Shown piece after piece: positions 9,323 to 19,715 of a DNA stretch of 32,000 nucleotides. Position 1 is the first letter of the stretch; each line of letters starts with the position of its first letter. Made by a program: the position numbers and the translations under genes. The notes beneath the pieces are model-generated. The model saw only the letters and a list, made by a program, of their open reading frames with translations. It made no database searches and had not been told where the DNA came from. The stretch is from Methanocaldococcus jannaschii DSM 2661. Its GTDB lineage: Archaea; AGJL01; Methanococci; Methanococcales; Methanocaldococcaceae. The stretch covers positions 1,192,961-1,224,960 of the forward strand of contig NC_000909.1 in assembly GCF_000091665.1 (NCBI RefSeq), written 5' to 3'.

Positions 9323-9718
9323 ATGCCAACAGCAAAATTCGTTGTTGCAGACCCAAAAACAGGAAGATGCTATCAAATTGAGGCAGATAACACACCATTA
9401 GTTGGTAAGAAAATTGGGGAAGTATTTGATGGAAAAATTATAGGATTAGAGGGCTACAAATTACAAATAAGAGGAGGAACTGACTCAAGCGGTTTCCCAA
9501 TGAGACCAGATATCCACGGAAGTAGAAAGGTTAGAGTTTTATTGAGTGCTCCTCCTGGGTTTAAACCAAAAAGAAAAGGAGAAAGAAGAAGAAAAACAGT
9601 TAGAGGAAACACAATAGCTCCTGATATTGTCCAAATTAACGTTAAGGTTGTTGAATATGGAGAGAAATCAATCCCTGAATTGTTAGGATTAGAAGGTGGA
9701 GAAAATCAAGAACAATAA
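9323..9718 (+). CDS. rps6e: 30S ribosomal protein S6e
   Basis: 131 aa; KTGRCYQIEADNTPLVGKKIGEVFDG, GGTDSSGFPMRPDIHGSRKVRVLLSAPPGFKPKRKGERRRKTVRGNTI. Confidence 0.96.
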   Translation: MPTAKFVVADPKTGRCYQIEADNTPLVGKKIGEVFDGKIIGLEGYKLQIRGGTDSSGFPMRPDIHGSRKVRVLLSAPPGFKPKRKGERRRKTVRGNTIAPDIVQINVKVVEYGEKSIPELLGLEGGENQEQ

Positions 9719-9858
9719 ATAAAATATAGCTCCTAATTTTATTTTTATTTTATTTATCTGTGTTTAAATATTGTAGTGGTGATTTCTGTAGTTTTTTGAC
9801 TATTTTGATACTCCGAGTATAACTTTATAAGCTAAAATTATAAAAATGTGAAAATACC

Positions 9859-9962
9859 ATAAGTGTTTTTCAAAGTTAATAAAAATTAAGGAATAAATAT
9901 AAAAGCCCGTAGGGCTTTTATAAATGCATTTTTCAAAAATTATATATTTGAAAAACACTTAT
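9859..9962. repeat. Terminal-inverted-repeat element, copy D (MJRE/MITE-like)
   Basis: Perfect 16-bp TIR ATAAGTGTTTTTCAAA (9859-9874) / TTTGAAAAACACTTAT (9947-9962); central perfect hairpin TATAAAAGCCC-GTA-GGGCTTTTATA (9898-9922). Confidence 0.85.
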
Positions 9963-10001
9963 ATTTTACAGATAAATAAGAAATTTATAAAGGGGATAAT
10001 T

Positions 10002-11237
10002 ATGGCAAAGAAAAAACAAGCTAAACAGGCAGAAGTAAATATTGGAATGGTTGGACACGTTGACCATGGAAAAACAAGTTTAACAAAAGCATTAACAGGA
10101 GTTTGGACTGACAGGCATAGTGAAGAGTTGAGAAGAGGGATTTCAATTAGATTGGGTTATGCTGACTGTGAGATAAGAAAATGCCCACAATGTGGAACTT
10201 ACACAACAAAACCAAGATGTCCAAACTGTTTAGCTGAAACAGAGTTTTTGAGAAGGGTCTCTTTTGTTGATTCCCCAGGGCACGAAACATTAATGGCTAC
10301 AATGCTTTCTGGAGCTTCTTTGATGGATGGAGCAATTTTGGTTATAGCCGCTAATGAACCATGCCCACAACCACAAACAAAAGAGCATTTAATGGCTTTA
10401 GAGATTTTAGGAATTGATAAAATTATAATTGTCCAAAATAAAATTGATTTAGTTGATGAGAAGCAGGCAGAAGAAAATTATGAGCAAATAAAAGAATTTG
10501 TTAAGGGAACTATTGCTGAAAACGCTCCAATAATCCCAATCTCAGCCCACCACGAAGCAAATATTGATGTTTTGTTAAAGGCAATACAGGACTTTATTCC
10601 AACACCTAAGAGAGACCCTGATGCAACACCAAGAATGTATGTTGCAAGAAGCTTTGACATAAACAAACCAGGAACTGAGATTAAGGATTTAAAAGGAGGG
10701 GTTTTAGGAGGGGCAATTATTCAGGGAGTATTTAAAGTTGGGGATGAGATTGAAATAAGACCTGGAATCAAAGTAACTGAAGGAAACAAAACATTCTGGA
10801 AACCATTAACTACAAAGATTGTTTCATTAGCCGCTGGAAATACCATACTTAGAAAAGCTCATCCAGGGGGTTTGATTGGGGTTGGGACAACATTAGACCC
10901 ATACTTAACAAAATCAGATGCATTAACTGGAAGTGTTGTTGGATTGCCTGGAACTCTCCCTCCTATAAGAGAGAAGATAACAATAAGGGCTAATTTGTTG
11001 GATAGGGTTGTAGGAACTAAGGAGGAATTGAAAATAGAGCCATTAAGAACAGGAGAGGTTTTAATGCTAAATATTGGAACTGCTACAACCGCGGGGGTTA
11101 TAACCTCAGCAAGAGGAGATATAGCGGATATAAAATTAAAGCTTCCAATATGTGCTGAGATTGGAGATAGAGTAGCTATTAGCAGAAGAGTTGGCTCAAG
11201 ATGGAGATTAATTGGTTATGGAACAATTGAGGGATAA
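10002..11237 (+). CDS. eif2g: Translation initiation factor aIF2 gamma subunit
   Basis: GTPase motifs [18 protein letters not shown]; Zn knuckle [16 protein letters not shown]; ATG 10002 used (track start 9924 lies in repeat D). Confidence 0.96.
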   Translation: MAKKKQAKQAEVNIGMVGHVDHGKTSLTKALTGVWTDRHSEELRRGISIRLGYADCEIRKCPQCGTYTTKPRCPNCLAETEFLRRVSFVDSPGHETLMATMLSGASLMDGAILVIAANEPCPQPQTKEHLMALEILGIDKIIIVQNKIDLVDEKQAEENYEQIKEFVKGTIAENAPIIPISAHHEANIDVLLKAIQDFIPTPKRDPDATPRMYVARSFDINKPGTEIKDLKGGVLGGAIIQGVFKVGDEIEIRPGIKVTEGNKTFWKPLTTKIVSLAAGNTILRKAHPGGLIGVGTTLDPYLTKSDALTGSVVGLPGTLPPIREKITIRANLLDRVVGTKEELKIEPLRTGEVLMLNIGTATTAGVITSARGDIADIKLKLPICAEIGDRVAISRRVGSRWRLIGYGTIEG

Positions 11238-11262
11238 TTTTAATAATATGAGTATCAAATTT

Positions 11263-11367
11263 ACACCTCCGAGCGTTAGCGAGGAGGTGTTAGGGAGTAT
11301 CGCAATCGCCCCGTAGGGGCGAGTAATGAAATCCTTTAGGATTTCATCTGATGGAGGCTTCCTCTAT
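11263..11367 (+). ncRNA. Candidate structured RNA / multi-hairpin cassette downstream of aIF2-gamma
   Basis: Four consecutive hairpins: ACACCTCC/GGAGGTGT (11263-11290), TCGCCCC-GTA-GGGGCGA (11306-11322), ATGAAATCC-TTTA-GGATTTCAT (11326-11347), ATGGAGG-CTT-CCTCTAT with one G-U (11351-11367). Confidence 0.55.
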
Positions 11368-11478
11368 GCTTATTGGAACGATTGAGGGAGAATTATTTTA
11401 ATGTTTTTTAAAATTTTTGTAGAAAATACAGTTATATTGCCTAATCCTTTAATTCTTACTAAAATTGAGGGATTATTG

Positions 11479-12570
11479 ATGATTGAATATCTATTAAAAA
11501 ACAGAGAGCAAATTATTAAAAAAATGGAAAAAATTAATGATATCAATCGTAAAGAAGTTGAAGAAAAATGGATTTTGGATAATTTTGAAAATCCAAAAGA
11601 TATGGGATTTGCAGGAGGAGATGGAAGCTGTAATAAATTGGATTACATATCTTTCTCATTCTATGGAGTTGGGGCCGTTAGCTTTATACACGGCAGAGGG
11701 GAAAAAGTAAAAAAAGCTAAGGAGGAGTATATATTTGATATAACCCATCCTTTGGATATTGAAGATAGAATAAGGAGATATATGCTAACTTTGGAATTAA
11801 AAACAGCCCTTTATGTTCTCAAAAATTATAATATTGATTATTACATTTTTGATGGGTCTTTATTTTCTTTGTTGATATTCACAAAAAAAGGTATAGAGAT
11901 GTATGAGAGAGAGTTAGAAGAGATTTATAATGAATATGGAAAAGAATTTAATAAAAAAATTGATGAAGAAACAAAATCTGGAGAAATTGGCATTATATCA
12001 AAAGATTTGAACTTGGAATTAAATAAAAAAATATTAGTTGAGCATGTTGAATATATTTTAACATTAACAAAACTTATTAACGAATTTAAAGATAGAATTA
12101 TAGGAATATCAAAAACTTCAAAAATAAACATTTATTTCGATAAAAACATGCCTGATATAGCCATATTTACAAAATATACCGACAAATCTGGTTATTCAGA
12201 ACCAATTGACTTTGTTAATAAATTAGGGGATGAAAAGAAAGAAAAGCATAAACAATTAAGTAGTGTGGTAAAAGGAATAAACTTTATTAAAAACAAGCCA
12301 TTCTATGCAAAAATTGACACTGCATATATACAATTTGTGAGATTAGAAGATAACTGTGGAGTTGTTGGATTAACAAGCTTCAATAAAATAGATAAAGAAG
12401 TCTTATCCTCATTAAAAGAAATATCAATTAATGGCTACCCTTATATATTAAAAAAATCCCATGAAACAGTTGAGATAACCACTAAAAAACTTGAAGCAAT
12501 TGCTAAACTATTAAATATAGATGACCCTATAGCAAGGCACATCTTAGGGAAGAAAAAAAAGAAATTTTAG
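11479..12570 (+). CDS. NurA-domain nuclease-like protein
   Basis: MGFAGGDGSCNKLDYISFSFYGVGAVSF (NurA catalytic aspartate region) and YYIFDGSLFSLLIF (DGS motif). Start chosen at MIEYLLKNREQ; 11401 possible. Confidence 0.7.
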   Translation: MIEYLLKNREQIIKKMEKINDINRKEVEEKWILDNFENPKDMGFAGGDGSCNKLDYISFSFYGVGAVSFIHGRGEKVKKAKEEYIFDITHPLDIEDRIRRYMLTLELKTALYVLKNYNIDYYIFDGSLFSLLIFTKKGIEMYERELEEIYNEYGKEFNKKIDEETKSGEIGIISKDLNLELNKKILVEHVEYILTLTKLINEFKDRIIGISKTSKINIYFDKNMPDIAIFTKYTDKSGYSEPIDFVNKLGDEKKEKHKQLSSVVKGINFIKNKPFYAKIDTAYIQFVRLEDNCGVVGLTSFNKIDKEVLSSLKEISINGYPYILKKSHETVEITTKKLEAIAKLLNIDDPIARHILGKKKKKF

Positions 12571-12680
12571 TGTCTTTCAAAAAAGGTATTAAAGTTTATT
12601 AAGGAAATTTGAATGCCTTCTATAAGAAGGCGTTCATTAATACATTAATAGTTATTACAAAATATTTTGAAAGACACTAT
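12568..12680. repeat. Terminal-inverted-repeat element, copy C (MJRE/MITE-like)
   Basis: Perfect 15-bp TIR TAGTGTCTTTCAAAA (12568-12582) / TTTTGAAAGACACTA (12666-12680); central hairpin GAATGCCTTC-TATAA-GAAGGCGTTC (12611-12635). Confidence 0.85.
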
Positions 12681-12700
12681 TAGTCAAAAGGAGGGAGAGG

Positions 12701-14656
12701 ATGAGATATCTAATAACAACTGCCTTAGCTTATACAAACGGCCCTCTACATTTAGGGCATGCAAGAAGCACTTACATCCCAGCAGATATTATATATAAAT
12801 ACTTAAAGTTGAGAGGGGAAGATGTTATCCACGTTGGAGGAACTGATAACCACGGAGTTCCTATAACATTAACTGCTGAAAAAGAGGGAAAAAGCCCAGA
12901 GGAGATTGTTGAAAAATACCATAATGAGATTAAAGAAGATTTAGATTTGTTAGGAGTAGAGTTTGATGCATTTGGCAAAACTCACAGCCAAATACATATA
13001 GAAACAGCTCAAGAGTTTTATCTAAAGCTAAAAGAGAATGGCTATATCTATGAGAAGGAAATAGAGCAATTTTACTGTCCAAACTGTAAAAAATTCTTAC
13101 CAGATAGATATGTTGAGGGAATCTGCCCATACTGTGGAGGAGAGGCAAGAGGAGACCACTGTGAAGTTTGTGGAAGACACTTAGAGCCGTTTGAGTTAAA
13201 AGACCCATATTGTGTAATTTGCAAAGGAAAGCCAGAGATTAGAAAGACAAAACATCACTTCTTTAAGTTAAGTGCTTTAAAAAAGGAGTTAGAGGAGTAT
13301 ATAAAAAATGCAAAAGAAATGCCAGAGCATGTTAAAAATATGGCATTGAATTGGATTAAAGAGTTACATGATTGGGATATTTCAAGAGATATAAGCTGGG
13401 GAGTTCCAATTCCAGGGACTAATCAAGTAATGTATGTTTGGTTAGAAGCCCCTATTGGCTATATCTCATTTACAAAGATGTTGGGAGAGATTTGGAAGAA
13501 ATATTGGTTAGAGAAAGATACAAAGATTTATCACTTCATTGGAAAGGATATAACTGTTCATCATGCCGTTTTCTGGCCAGGAATGTTGATTGCTCATGGT
13601 TCCTTTAACTTACCAACTGCAGTAGTTAGTGGAGGTTATCTAACCTTAGAAGGAAGAAAGATGAGCACAAGTAAAAGATGGGTTGTTTGGGTTAAAGATT
13701 TTGTTAAAAACTTTGATGCTGACTATTTAAGATACTACTTAATCATGTCAGCCCCTCTCTTTAAAGATTGTGATTTCTCATTTGATGATTTCAAAAATAA
13801 GATAAACAATGAACTCATCAACATAATTGGAAACTTCACCCACAGAGTTTTAACCTTTACCCATAGAAAGTTTAAGAAAGTCCCAATAGTTGATGAAGAT
13901 AGATTAAAAGAGGAAGATAAAGAGCTATTGAAAAAATGTGAAGAGACACTTGAGGCTGTGGATAAAAACATAAGGAGCTTTAAGTTTAGAGATGCTTTAG
14001 TTAATATATTACATCTTGCCATTGAAGGAAACAGTTACTTCCAAAAGATGGAGCCTTGGGCTGTTGATGATGAAGAAAGATTGAAGGAAATATTATATAC
14101 TTGCTGCAAGACAGTAAAAACTCTTGTCTATCTGCTATACCCATACATGCCTAAAAAATCTCTTGCACTATTGGAATTAATGAATGAAGAACTTGATTTA
14201 GAGCTTAGAGGGAATGAATTAAAGAAACCAAAGATTATATTCAAAAAGATAGATAATAAGAAGATAGAAGAGATGAAGAAAAAGCTTTATGAAAATAAAA
14301 AAGAAGAAACAAAAGGAGGAGAAAAAATGGAGCAAATAGATATAAGTTATTTAGAAAAGATTGATTTAAGAGTTGGAGAAGTTGTAGAGGCAGAAGACAT
14401 ACCAAAATCAAAGAAACTTTTAAAACTAATGGTTGATTTGGGAGATGAGAAGAGACAGATTGTTTCAGGAATTAAAGGATATTATAAACCTGAAGATTTA
14501 GTTGGAAAAAAGGTTATTGTTATTTGCAATTTAAAACCAGCTAAATTATGTGGTGTTTTATCTGAAGGAATGATTTTAGCAGCCGAAGATGATGAAGGAA
14601 ATGTTAGCTTATTAACTGTTGATAAGGATATAAAAGCAGGTAGTAAAGTTAGATAA
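12701..14656 (+). CDS. metG: Methionyl-tRNA synthetase with C-terminal OB-fold tRNA-binding domain
   Basis: [16 protein letters not shown] (HIGH), [21 protein letters not shown] Zn region, GRKMSTSKR (KMSKS), C-terminal [23 protein letters not shown]. Confidence 0.97.
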   Translation: MRYLITTALAYTNGPLHLGHARSTYIPADIIYKYLKLRGEDVIHVGGTDNHGVPITLTAEKEGKSPEEIVEKYHNEIKEDLDLLGVEFDAFGKTHSQIHIETAQEFYLKLKENGYIYEKEIEQFYCPNCKKFLPDRYVEGICPYCGGEARGDHCEVCGRHLEPFELKDPYCVICKGKPEIRKTKHHFFKLSALKKELEEYIKNAKEMPEHVKNMALNWIKELHDWDISRDISWGVPIPGTNQVMYVWLEAPIGYISFTKMLGEIWKKYWLEKDTKIYHFIGKDITVHHAVFWPGMLIAHGSFNLPTAVVSGGYLTLEGRKMSTSKRWVVWVKDFVKNFDADYLRYYLIMSAPLFKDCDFSFDDFKNKINNELINIIGNFTHRVLTFTHRKFKKVPIVDEDRLKEEDKELLKKCEETLEAVDKNIRSFKFRDALVNILHLAIEGNSYFQKMEPWAVDDEERLKEILYTCCKTVKTLVYLLYPYMPKKSLALLELMNEELDLELRGNELKKPKIIFKKIDNKKIEEMKKKLYENKKEETKGGEKMEQIDISYLEKIDLRVGEVVEAEDIPKSKKLLKLMVDLGDEKRQIVSGIKGYYKPEDLVGKKVIVICNLKPAKLCGVLSEGMILAAEDDEGNVSLLTVDKDIKAGSKVR

Positions 14657-14680
14657 ACTAAAAAAATAAGAATATTTAAT

Positions 14681-16882
14681 CTAAAGCTCTCCCATCATCT
14701 TTGGAAATGCTTCATAATACCTCTTTTTCATCTCTTCCACATCCAAATTAACAACATCCTTTTCGTTAATCTTTATTTTCAATCTGCTTCCTCCAACTTT
14801 TCCAATTATATAAGCAGAACTTAATTTACTTAAAACTTTATCTTTATTTTCATCTCTAACTGCCAATATTATCCTTCCAGAAGTTTCTGAGAACAGTAAA
14901 ATATCGTCCCTTAAATTATTTTTATTATACTCAGTTAAATCAACTTCTAAACCAATATTGTTTAATACAGCCATTTTGGCTAAAGCTACAGCTAAACCTC
15001 CTCTTGAGCAATCTACTGCCTCACTAACCAATCCTTCTTTTACAACTTCCCTAACTTCTTCATAAATCTTCTTCTCTTTCTCTAAATCAACTCTTGGCAC
15101 TCTTCCCTCTTCAGTATTGTGTATAACTTTATAATATTCGCTTCCTCCCATTTCATCTTTTGTTTCATTTGTAATTATTAATATATCTCCTTCCTTAATC
15201 TTGTTATCTAAAACTCCCGGAACTTTTTCAACATCCTCAACTTTACCTAATACAAATATTGCGGGAGTTGGGTTTATTGGATGTTCTTTACCTTCAATAA
15301 CTGTTTCATTGTATAAACTTACGTTTCCTCCAACAACTGGGATTTCAAAGAATTCAGCGGCATCTGCTAAACCTTTAATGCATTCTGCCAACTGCCAAAA
15401 TCTCTCTGGTCTTTCAGGATTTCCAAAGTTTAGATTATCAAGCATAGCTATTGGTTCAGCTCCAACTGTTGCTAAATTTCTCACAGCTTCAGCTACAGCA
15501 TTTACTGCCCCTACATAAGGGTTTAGTTTGCAGTATCTTGAGTTACAGTCAGTTGTTAAGGCAATTCCCATTGGATAAACTTCATTTATTCTTAAAACAG
15601 CGGCATCTTTTCCTGGCTTTACAACAGTTCTTATTTGAACTTCGTGGTCATACTGCTGATAAATCCATTCCTTTGAGCAAATATTTGGACTCTCTAAGAG
15701 TTTTAATAACACAGCATTTAAATCTTCTGGCATCTTTATTTTTTCCTTATCATCCTCTTTTTCTTTTAAGTCCTCTTTACCTTCCCTATCATATAAAGGA
15801 GCTTCACATAACAAATCTAATGGTAAATCAACAACAACTTCTCCTTTGTATTTGGCAATAATCCTCTTCTCTGGAATTGTTTTTCCAATAACTGATGCAG
15901 GTAGTTCATACTTTTTAAATATTTCAATTATTTCCTCCTCACTTCCTGGTTCAACAGCTAATAACATCCTCTCCTGACTCTCAGAAACCATAATTTCGTA
16001 AGGAGTTAATGGCTCTCTCAATACAACATTTTCTAAGTAAAGCTCACATCCTACTCCTCCACCATAACACATCTCAGATGAAGCTCCTGAAAGCCCCGCA
16101 GCCCCTAAATCCTTCATAGCTTTAACTTTTCCTGTTTTTACTGCCTCTAAAACAGCATCAATTAAACATTTTTCAGAAAATGCATCCCCAACCTGAACAC
16201 TTGGCCTTTCTTCCTCACTTTCCTCAGTTAAATCCTTTGATGCAAATGAAGCTCCTCCTATTCCATCCCTTCCTGTTGAGCCGATTAATATTAAAGACAA
16301 TCCTGGCTCTTTAGCTTTACCTGTAATGATTTCATTCTCCTTAACTAAGCCGACACAAACAACATTTACTAAGTTGTTGTAATCAAAAGAGCTATCAAAC
16401 TCACACTCTCCTCCAACTGTTGGGACTCCAATCCTATTTCCATAATCTCCAATACCTTTAACAACTCCTTCAATTAGCCATCTAACTTTATCCCCTTCCT
16501 TTCCAAATATATCTCCAAACCTTAATGGGTCTAATAAAGCTATTGGCTTAGCTCCCATTGACAAAACATCTCTAACAATCCCACCAACTCCTGTAGCAGC
16601 TCCATTATATGGGTCTATGTATGATGGGTGGTTATGGCTTTCCATAGCTATTGCTAAGCAGATATCATTTTTCAATCTAATTACAGCGGCATCATCTCCA
16701 ATTCCAACAACTATATTTTTAGAGGTCTTTTCATTAACTGTTTTAGCAAACATTCTTAAGAGCTTTTTTGAGGTTCTATAAGCACAGTGCTCACTCCATA
16801 AGTTTTCAAACATTGCTAACTCTATGTGGTTTGGCTTTCTTCCTAAAACTTTTTCTATATACTTTAAATCATTCTCATCCAT
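14681..16882 (-). CDS. purL: Phosphoribosylformylglycinamidine synthase subunit PurL
   Basis: 733 aa; [59 protein letters not shown]. Confidence 0.96.
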   Translation of the reverse strand: MDENDLKYIEKVLGRKPNHIELAMFENLWSEHCAYRTSKKLLRMFAKTVNEKTSKNIVVGIGDDAAVIRLKNDICLAIAMESHNHPSYIDPYNGAATGVGGIVRDVLSMGAKPIALLDPLRFGDIFGKEGDKVRWLIEGVVKGIGDYGNRIGVPTVGGECEFDSSFDYNNLVNVVCVGLVKENEIITGKAKEPGLSLILIGSTGRDGIGGASFASKDLTEESEEERPSVQVGDAFSEKCLIDAVLEAVKTGKVKAMKDLGAAGLSGASSEMCYGGGVGCELYLENVVLREPLTPYEIMVSESQERMLLAVEPGSEEEIIEIFKKYELPASVIGKTIPEKRIIAKYKGEVVVDLPLDLLCEAPLYDREGKEDLKEKEDDKEKIKMPEDLNAVLLKLLESPNICSKEWIYQQYDHEVQIRTVVKPGKDAAVLRINEVYPMGIALTTDCNSRYCKLNPYVGAVNAVAEAVRNLATVGAEPIAMLDNLNFGNPERPERFWQLAECIKGLADAAEFFEIPVVGGNVSLYNETVIEGKEHPINPTPAIFVLGKVEDVEKVPGVLDNKIKEGDILIITNETKDEMGGSEYYKVIHNTEEGRVPRVDLEKEKKIYEEVREVVKEGLVSEAVDCSRGGLAVALAKMAVLNNIGLEVDLTEYNKNNLRDDILLFSETSGRIILAVRDENKDKVLSKLSSAYIIGKVGGSRLKIKINEKDVVNLDVEEMKKRYYEAFPKMMGEL

Positions 16883-16958
16883 AATTACACCTTATTAGTT
16901 AATTAATATTATTTGTGGATATACAAAAAATGAAGGATGTGTTATTAAACCTTTATGC

Positions 16959-17381
16959 TTATTTATCAAATATCTCATCCTCTTTAAAAAATAGTTTTAT
17001 CTCTCTTTCAGCACTTTCCTTTGAATCTGATGCATGAATTATATTATCCGGGGTTGTTAAAGCAAAATCTCCTCTTATAGTTCCTGGTTCTGCTTCAGCA
17101 GGATTTGTTTTACCAATCATCTTTCTTACAACAGATATGGCATTTTCTCCCTCAACAACCATAACTATCATTCTTCCAGATGTCATAAAGTTTATTAGTC
17201 TCTCATAAAATTCTTTCCCTTTATGCTCTTCATAATATTTTTCTGCCATCTCTCTATCTAATTTAATCATCTTCATAGCCACAATCTCAAAACCTTTATT
17301 TTCAAATCTTTCAATGATTTTTCCAATTAGTTTTCTTTTTACAGCATCTGGTTTTAAAGCTACAAAGGTTCTTTCTTTCAT
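16959..17381 (-). CDS. ndk: Nucleoside diphosphate kinase
   Basis: 140 aa; ERTFVALKPDAVKR, catalytic NIIHASDSKESAEREIKLFF. Confidence 0.95.
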   Translation of the reverse strand: MKERTFVALKPDAVKRKLIGKIIERFENKGFEIVAMKMIKLDREMAEKYYEEHKGKEFYERLINFMTSGRMIVMVVEGENAISVVRKMIGKTNPAEAEPGTIRGDFALTTPDNIIHASDSKESAEREIKLFFKEDEIFDK

Positions 17382-17557
17382 AACTATCCCGCTTTTGATA
17401 TTATATAATTACTATTATTATTACTAATACTTTAAAGCTTTTTGATACGGAAGTTATTAAAAATAATGATAATATTGTTGGTTAAATCTATCTCGAAAAA
17501 TTTAAATATTGCTCATATATAAAAAATGAAATTGCCATAACATTTTGAGGTGATACC

Positions 17558-18824
17558 ATTAAAAGAATAATTGCCCTATTATTGGGGGGCTATTCTCATA
17601 GGAGGTGTGTTTTTAGCAGGATGCACACAAAATCAGGAAACTACAACAACTCAGTCAGGAAGTAAAGAAAATGTCATTAAAGTTGGTTTGTTGGTTGATT
17701 TATCTGGAGGTTTAGCAACCTATGGAAACAATGAAAAACATATTTGTGAGATTGCAGAAGAGAAGATAAACAAATACTTTGAAGAGAAGGGAATGCCTTA
17801 CAAAGTAAAACTTTATGTTGAAGATACAAGAGCAGACCCTAATATATGTTTGCAGAAGGTTCAAGCTCTTCACGCTCAGGGAATAACCTTTTTCTTAGGA
17901 CCAATGGCAAGTGGTGAAGTCAAAAATATTAAAGGATTTATTAACTCAAATAAAATCGTTATAATATCCCCAAGTTCAACTGCCCCACCACAGATGCTTG
18001 GATTTAGAACTCCAGAAGAGAAAAAGTATGTATTTAGATTTGTCCCAACAGATAACTTCCAAGGAAATGCCATTGGAGATGTTGCTAAGCAACTTGGTTT
18101 AAAAAATGTAATAGTCATATACAGAAAGGATGCTTGGGGAGATGGGTTGGAGAGAGCAACTGTTGAAAAACTAAAGGCAAATGGAATAAATATTATTGAT
18201 GAAATTCCTTACGACCCTAACATTGGGGACTGGAGTCCAATAATCCAAACTACAACAAATAAAATTGCTGGAAAAGGAAATGATACTGGAGTAATATTCA
18301 TTGGTTATGAAGAGGTTGCAACATTATTATCACAGATTGATGATAACTCACCATTATTAAAACATGTTTGGATTGGTTGTGACGGAACTGCAAACAGTAA
18401 AAAGGTATTGGAAGAGGCTAAAAACAAGGCAGTTAAGGTTAAACTCTATTCAACAATGTTCCAGTCAGAGACGGATGAAGCTGAAAAGATAAAAGAAGAG
18501 TTTAAAAAGAGAGGATATGGAGAGCCTGACCAGTATGCATTAAACGTCTATGATGCATTCTGGGTTGGAGCTATTTCATATGCTGAAATGTTAAATAAAA
18601 CTGGTGGAAAATACGACGCTGACTTATTATCAAAACTAATAAAAGAAAATACTGTTAAATACTCAGAAGGGCAGTTCGGTGTTAAGTCAGTAACTGGATA
18701 CATTAAATTAAATGAATGGAATGACAGAGCAAGTGGAAACTATGGAATCTTTGCAGTAACAGAAGATGGATGGAAGTTAGTTGGAGTTTGGGATTCAACA
18801 ACTGGAAAAATCAACTGGAAATAA
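17558..18824 (+). pseudogene. livJ: Branched-chain amino acid ABC transporter substrate-binding lipoprotein, apparent frameshift in the signal peptide (possible sequencing error)
   Basis: IKVGLLVDLSGGLATYGNNEKH... type 1 periplasmic-binding fold, lipobox LAGC. SD GAGGTGAT at 17547-17554 points to ATT 17558 reading xKRIIALLLG, which joins AILIGGVFLAGC only by removing one G from G6 run 17584-17589. Intact ORF from 17571. Confidence 0.75.
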
Positions 18825-18932
18825 AAAATTCCTAAAACTTTAAATAACTCTTTTTTAAATTTTTAAGATATGCAAGTTCTAAGATTATAAATTTTATTCT
18901 TTAAACTTTTTATCATTTTTTTGAGGGATACA

Positions 18933-19694
18933 ATGGAGATTTTAAGGACAGAAAATATTGTAAAATATTTTGGAGAGTTTAAAGCTTTAGACGGGGTTTC
19001 TATAAGTGTAAATAAGGGAGATGTTACGTTAATCATAGGACCAAACGGAAGTGGAAAATCTACCCTAATAAATGTTATTACAGGATTTTTAAAGGCAGAT
19101 GAGGGGAGAGTTTATTTTGAAAATAAGGATATAACCAACAAAGAACCAGCAGAACTCTACCATTACGGAATTGTTAGAACTTTTCAAACACCTCAGCCAT
19201 TAAAAGAGATGACGGTCTTAGAAAATTTGTTAATAGGAGAGATTAATCCGGGAGAAAGCCCTTTAAATTCCCTATTCTATAAAAAATGGATTCCAAAAGA
19301 GGAAGAAATGGTTGAAAAGGCATTCAAAATATTGGAATTTTTAAAATTATCCCATCTATATGATAGAAAGGCAGGAGAGTTAAGTGGAGGGCAGATGAAA
19401 CTTGTTGAGATTGGAAGAGCTTTGATGACAAATCCAAAAATGATTGTTATGGATGAGCCAATAGCAGGAGTTGCTCCAGGTTTAGCTCACGATATATTTA
19501 ATCACGTCCTTGAATTAAAAGCTAAAGGAATAACTTTCCTAATTATTGAGCATAGGTTAGATATTGTTTTGAACTATATAGACCACTTGTATGTTATGTT
19601 TAATGGACAGATTATTGCTGAAGGTAGGGGAGAAGAGGAGATTAAGAATGTCTTATCGGACCCAAAAGTTGTTGAAATTTACATTGGAGAATAA
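18933..19694 (+). CDS. livG: Branched-chain amino acid ABC transporter ATP-binding protein LivG
   Basis: [18 protein letters not shown] Walker A, LSGGQMKLVEIGRAL signature, IVMDEPIAG Walker B. Confidence 0.93.
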   Translation: MEILRTENIVKYFGEFKALDGVSISVNKGDVTLIIGPNGSGKSTLINVITGFLKADEGRVYFENKDITNKEPAELYHYGIVRTFQTPQPLKEMTVLENLLIGEINPGESPLNSLFYKKWIPKEEEMVEKAFKILEFLKLSHLYDRKAGELSGGQMKLVEIGRALMTNPKMIVMDEPIAGVAPGLAHDIFNHVLELKAKGITFLIIEHRLDIVLNYIDHLYVMFNGQIIAEGRGEEEIKNVLSDPKVVEIYIGE

Positions 19695-19715
19695 ATAAAA
19701 TCCTTGGTGATTAAT

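Noticed and set aside
9808-9820. ATACTC-C-GAGTAT palindrome, sharing GAGTAT with the aIF2-gamma downstream cassette
   Set aside because: Only six-bp arms; the shared hexamer is too short to support a link.
9924-10001. Track N-terminal extension [25 protein letters not shown] of aIF2-gamma
   Set aside because: It is encoded by the right arm of element D; conserved protein starts at [18 protein letters not shown] 10002.
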